Positions 29,524-32,000 of a stretch of 32,000 bases of DNA are shown piece after piece. Under the pieces are notes generated by a model. The model did no database searches and had not been told where the DNA came from. It worked only from the letters and a program-made list of their open reading frames with translations. A program made the position numbers and the translations under genes. Numbering within the stretch: the stretch's first letter is position 1; every line of letters starts with the position of its first letter. Origin of the DNA: Synechocystis sp. PCC 6803 substr. PCC-P (lineage in GTDB: Bacteria; Cyanobacteriota; Cyanobacteriia; Cyanobacteriales; Microcystaceae); contig NC_017039.1 in the NCBI RefSeq assembly GCF_000284455.1, forward strand, positions 1,560,001 to 1,592,000, in the 5' to 3' direction.

Positions 29524-31392
29524 ATGGAGAAAAAAATAACTTTACGTTGGGGGCAATGGCAACAAAATTGCCTAGAATTAGCTCAGGTTTCTTGCCCACT
29601 GCTCCAGTCCAGCAACTTGGTTGATCCCCCCCCTTTAATTAATCTCGATATAGCTTCCATGGTCACTTTTCCCTTAAACCTCCGTCGTTGGCTGCAGTCC
29701 GTTTGTTTGGGAGCCCTCACGGCGATCGCCGTTCAATTGCCGGGCAAAACTGCGGAAAATATCTTTTTCACCTACGGGCCAATCAAGTTGACGGTGCGGG
29801 TGGAATCCCTAGAAAGATTTGTGCAGGATGGCACTGTGGATTCCAATCTCAGCTTTTTATTTAATCTGGTGGGAGCTTCCGAAGAAAAATTAGCAAAATT
29901 AAGGGAAATTATGGGGCTCCGGGCAGAGGTGGACCCCGTTGTGCTGAGTAACTTTTTTAACACCAGCCTGGGGGAAGATTCCCTGGCTAGGGCAGCGGTG
30001 ATTCTCAATGCCCCCTGGGGAGCTAACTCCAAATATGGTATTCGGGCCGCAATTGTGCAGGCAGCCGAGGATCCAGAAGGGGGACTAAGCCTCATCAATT
30101 TCATCAAAAAGTATCCCACCGATATCCATTTCCAAGGGGAAGTGGTGGAAGAACGGGCCCGGGCGGTGGAACTGCTAGTTAAAGCTTCCGAACACTTCAT
30201 TGATAAGATGATTGCCCTCTCGGAAATTGAGGCGGCTTCAGAAGGGGATATCAACTTTAGTGCTTTACCAGATCCCACTGAAATGGGCCCCTACGGTGTG
30301 GCCCCCAAAGAAACCTGGTGGTTAAACGACCAAAGTCGTAACCGTCGTTTTTACGTGGATGTTTACCGCCCCCAACGCTGGAAAGAAGGCAAAACACCAG
30401 TTTTAGTTTTTTCCCATGGTTTGGCTTCCCGTCCGGAAGATTTCGACAATGCGGCGGAGAAAATGGCCTCCTATGGTTTTGTGGTGGCTTTGCCCCAGCA
30501 TCCCGGCAGTGACATTCTCCAGGCCCAAGCTTTACTCAATCGCACTTCTCGCCAGGGTTACTATCCCACCGAGTTTATTGACCGGCCCAAGGATATTAGC
30601 TACGTCATTGATGAGTTGGAACGTCGCAATGCCAGTGAGTTCGGCGATCGCCTTAACTTGACCCAGGTAGGGGTGGGGGGCCACTCCTTTGGGGGTTATG
30701 GCGCGTTAGCTGTGGCCGGGGCCACCATTGACTGGGATTTTTTGAAATCGGAATGTCGCATTGGCCAAGGAGTCCCCAACACGGCCCTGTTATTGCAATG
30801 CGATGCCCTAACCCTGCCCCGGTCCGATTATGACTTCCGAGACCCCCGGGTAGTGGCAGTGCTGGCGGCCAATCCTGTTAACAGTGCGATCTTTGGCGTA
30901 TCGGGACTGCATAAGGTTACGGTCCCAGTTCTATTGCTTGGGGGCAGTTATGATCCAGCCACTCCTTTTGTGTTGGAACAGGCCCGTTCTTTCCCTCGCT
31001 TGGCCAGTCGTGATAAGTATCTAACTTTGATGGAAGGGCAAGCCCACGTAGATTTCTCCAAAATTGATGCCAATATCAAAAACGTGGTCGAGTCAGTGGA
31101 AGCAGTCAGTTTGAAATTGCCTGATCCAAACCTACTCCACACCTATGGTTCTGCTGTCATGGTGCCCTTTTTCCAGTTGTATGTAGCTGGGGACGAAAGT
31201 TTCCGCCCCCTAGTGGAGAACGGAGCCGCCCATGCCGCCTATTTGAGTCGGGATCAAGAATTCAAGTTTTATCTAATTAGCCAAAAATCCGAGGGAGCTT
31301 TAATTAAGGACATTGAGGAGTTCCGCCGCACCAACGGTCTGACTCCTCCTCCCAATGAGTTTCCCCCCCAAACCATTTCCGATAATTTTTAA
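29524..31392 (+). CDS. Alpha/beta hydrolase with N-terminal DUF1400-like domain
   Basis: N-terminal segment AENIFFTYGPIKLTVRVESLERF..GTVDSNLSFLFNLVG; hydrolase motifs VFSHGLASRPEDF, GVGGHSFGGYGALAVAGA (G-x-S-x-G), LLGGSYDPATPF, GQAHVDF. Confidence 0.88.
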   Translation: MEKKITLRWGQWQQNCLELAQVSCPLLQSSNLVDPPPLINLDIASMVTFPLNLRRWLQSVCLGALTAIAVQLPGKTAENIFFTYGPIKLTVRVESLERFVQDGTVDSNLSFLFNLVGASEEKLAKLREIMGLRAEVDPVVLSNFFNTSLGEDSLARAAVILNAPWGANSKYGIRAAIVQAAEDPEGGLSLINFIKKYPTDIHFQGEVVEERARAVELLVKASEHFIDKMIALSEIEAASEGDINFSALPDPTEMGPYGVAPKETWWLNDQSRNRRFYVDVYRPQRWKEGKTPVLVFSHGLASRPEDFDNAAEKMASYGFVVALPQHPGSDILQAQALLNRTSRQGYYPTEFIDRPKDISYVIDELERRNASEFGDRLNLTQVGVGGHSFGGYGALAVAGATIDWDFLKSECRIGQGVPNTALLLQCDALTLPRSDYDFRDPRVVAVLAANPVNSAIFGVSGLHKVTVPVLLLGGSYDPATPFVLEQARSFPRLASRDKYLTLMEGQAHVDFSKIDANIKNVVESVEAVSLKLPDPNLLHTYGSAVMVPFFQLYVAGDESFRPLVENGAAHAAYLSRDQEFKFYLISQKSEGALIKDIEEFRRTNGLTPPPNEFPPQTISDNF

Positions 31393-31404
31393 TGTGAACT
31401 AGCC

Positions 31405-31520
31405 ATGAAAATCACTCTAAATCTTAACGATGATTTTTTCCAAGCAGCAATGAATCTTAGTCCAGATATGACCTTAAAACTGCTATTGAGCATGCTTTAC
31501 AAGCGTACCTAGAACAATAA
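31405..31520 (+). pseudogene. Frameshifted VapB-like (ribbon-helix-helix) antitoxin remnant
   Basis: ATG at 31405 gives MKITLNLNDDFFQAAMNLSPDMTLK.., ending early at TAG 31510-31512. The -1 frame carries KTAIEHALQAYLEQ* ending at 31520, the expected C-terminal half of such proteins. Confidence 0.55.
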
Positions 31521-31600
31521 AAATTACTGAAAATCATCAATATATTTGGGACAATAGAATAAGGTCTTGATTATGACTATAAACAACAGGGAACTGTCCA

Positions 31601-31834
31601 ATGGAAGTCATCGTAGATACCAGGATTTGGTCGTTGGCACTGCTAGGACGACAATCCAATTTAAATCAAGATATTACAGCCCAACTTCAGGCTCTCATTC
31701 AGAATGGTCAAACTTTAATCAATACTACTGATTATCAATGTTTGTTAAATCGTAAAGTAGAGTTATGGCCGCAAATCCTTAAATCCTTAGAAAGCTTAAT
31801 CTACCTAGGGACTACGGATAATTTCCCCCTCTAA
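31601..31834 (+). pseudogene. Truncated VapC/PIN-domain toxin-like remnant
   Basis: MEVIVDTRIWSLALLGRQSNLNQDITAQLQALIQNGQTLI matches the N-terminal strand/helices of VapC-type PIN proteins. The expected (I)RQEIL and NTDFLI acidic motifs are missing and the ORF is only 77 aa. Confidence 0.6.
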
Positions 31835-32000
31835 AGAGTAATTCCACCGTTGTCGGCAAGGGGTTTTGCTCTGTGTTGCCGTGGCTGTGCCTGTACTTTG
31901 TCATTAGAATCAGGATTAAACTCCGTTGGCCCATCCCGGCCCTGAATGGCAGGGTTTTCCCGTGTCATACTTTTCGGTAATAATCAGAAATTTAGGTGGT

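Overview
The window is dense, ordinary cyanobacterial chromosome. Gene order and protein sequences match my memory of Synechocystis sp. PCC 6803 (the slr2094-slr2105 / sll1430-sll1423 / slr1506 region); no database search was run. From left to right it holds: the end of glpX-type FBPase/SBPase; an IS1-like element with an A8 frameshift site; glbN (truncated hemoglobin); an MHYT hybrid kinase; two tandem REC-domain signalling proteins (REC-HisKA and REC-HD-GYP); a cupin; ftsY; a PlsC/LPLAT-like acyltransferase; a second large hybrid kinase; plsY; a GldG-like membrane protein; apt; an AT-rich patch with a membrane-anchored Mrr-like nuclease and a resolvase C-terminal remnant; a BASS transporter; an aldo/keto reductase; an HtrA/Deg protease (hhoB); proS; a DUF3084-like coiled-coil protein; ntcA; an alpha/beta hydrolase; and a decayed VapBC-like toxin-antitoxin pair. 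I saw no CRISPR array, rRNA, tRNA or clearly novel multi-gene system. The observations most worth checking are: (i) an amber codon that appears to truncate the HPt domain of the second hybrid kinase, with 16 HPt-like codons following in frame; (ii) the Mrr/resolvase patch, which lies in the longest internal HIP1-free gap of the window; (iii) the frameshifted VapB-like and truncated VapC-like remnants; (iv) the IS element directly upstream of glbN; and (v) an NtcA-like palindrome with non-canonical spacing over a TATAAT box upstream of ntcA.
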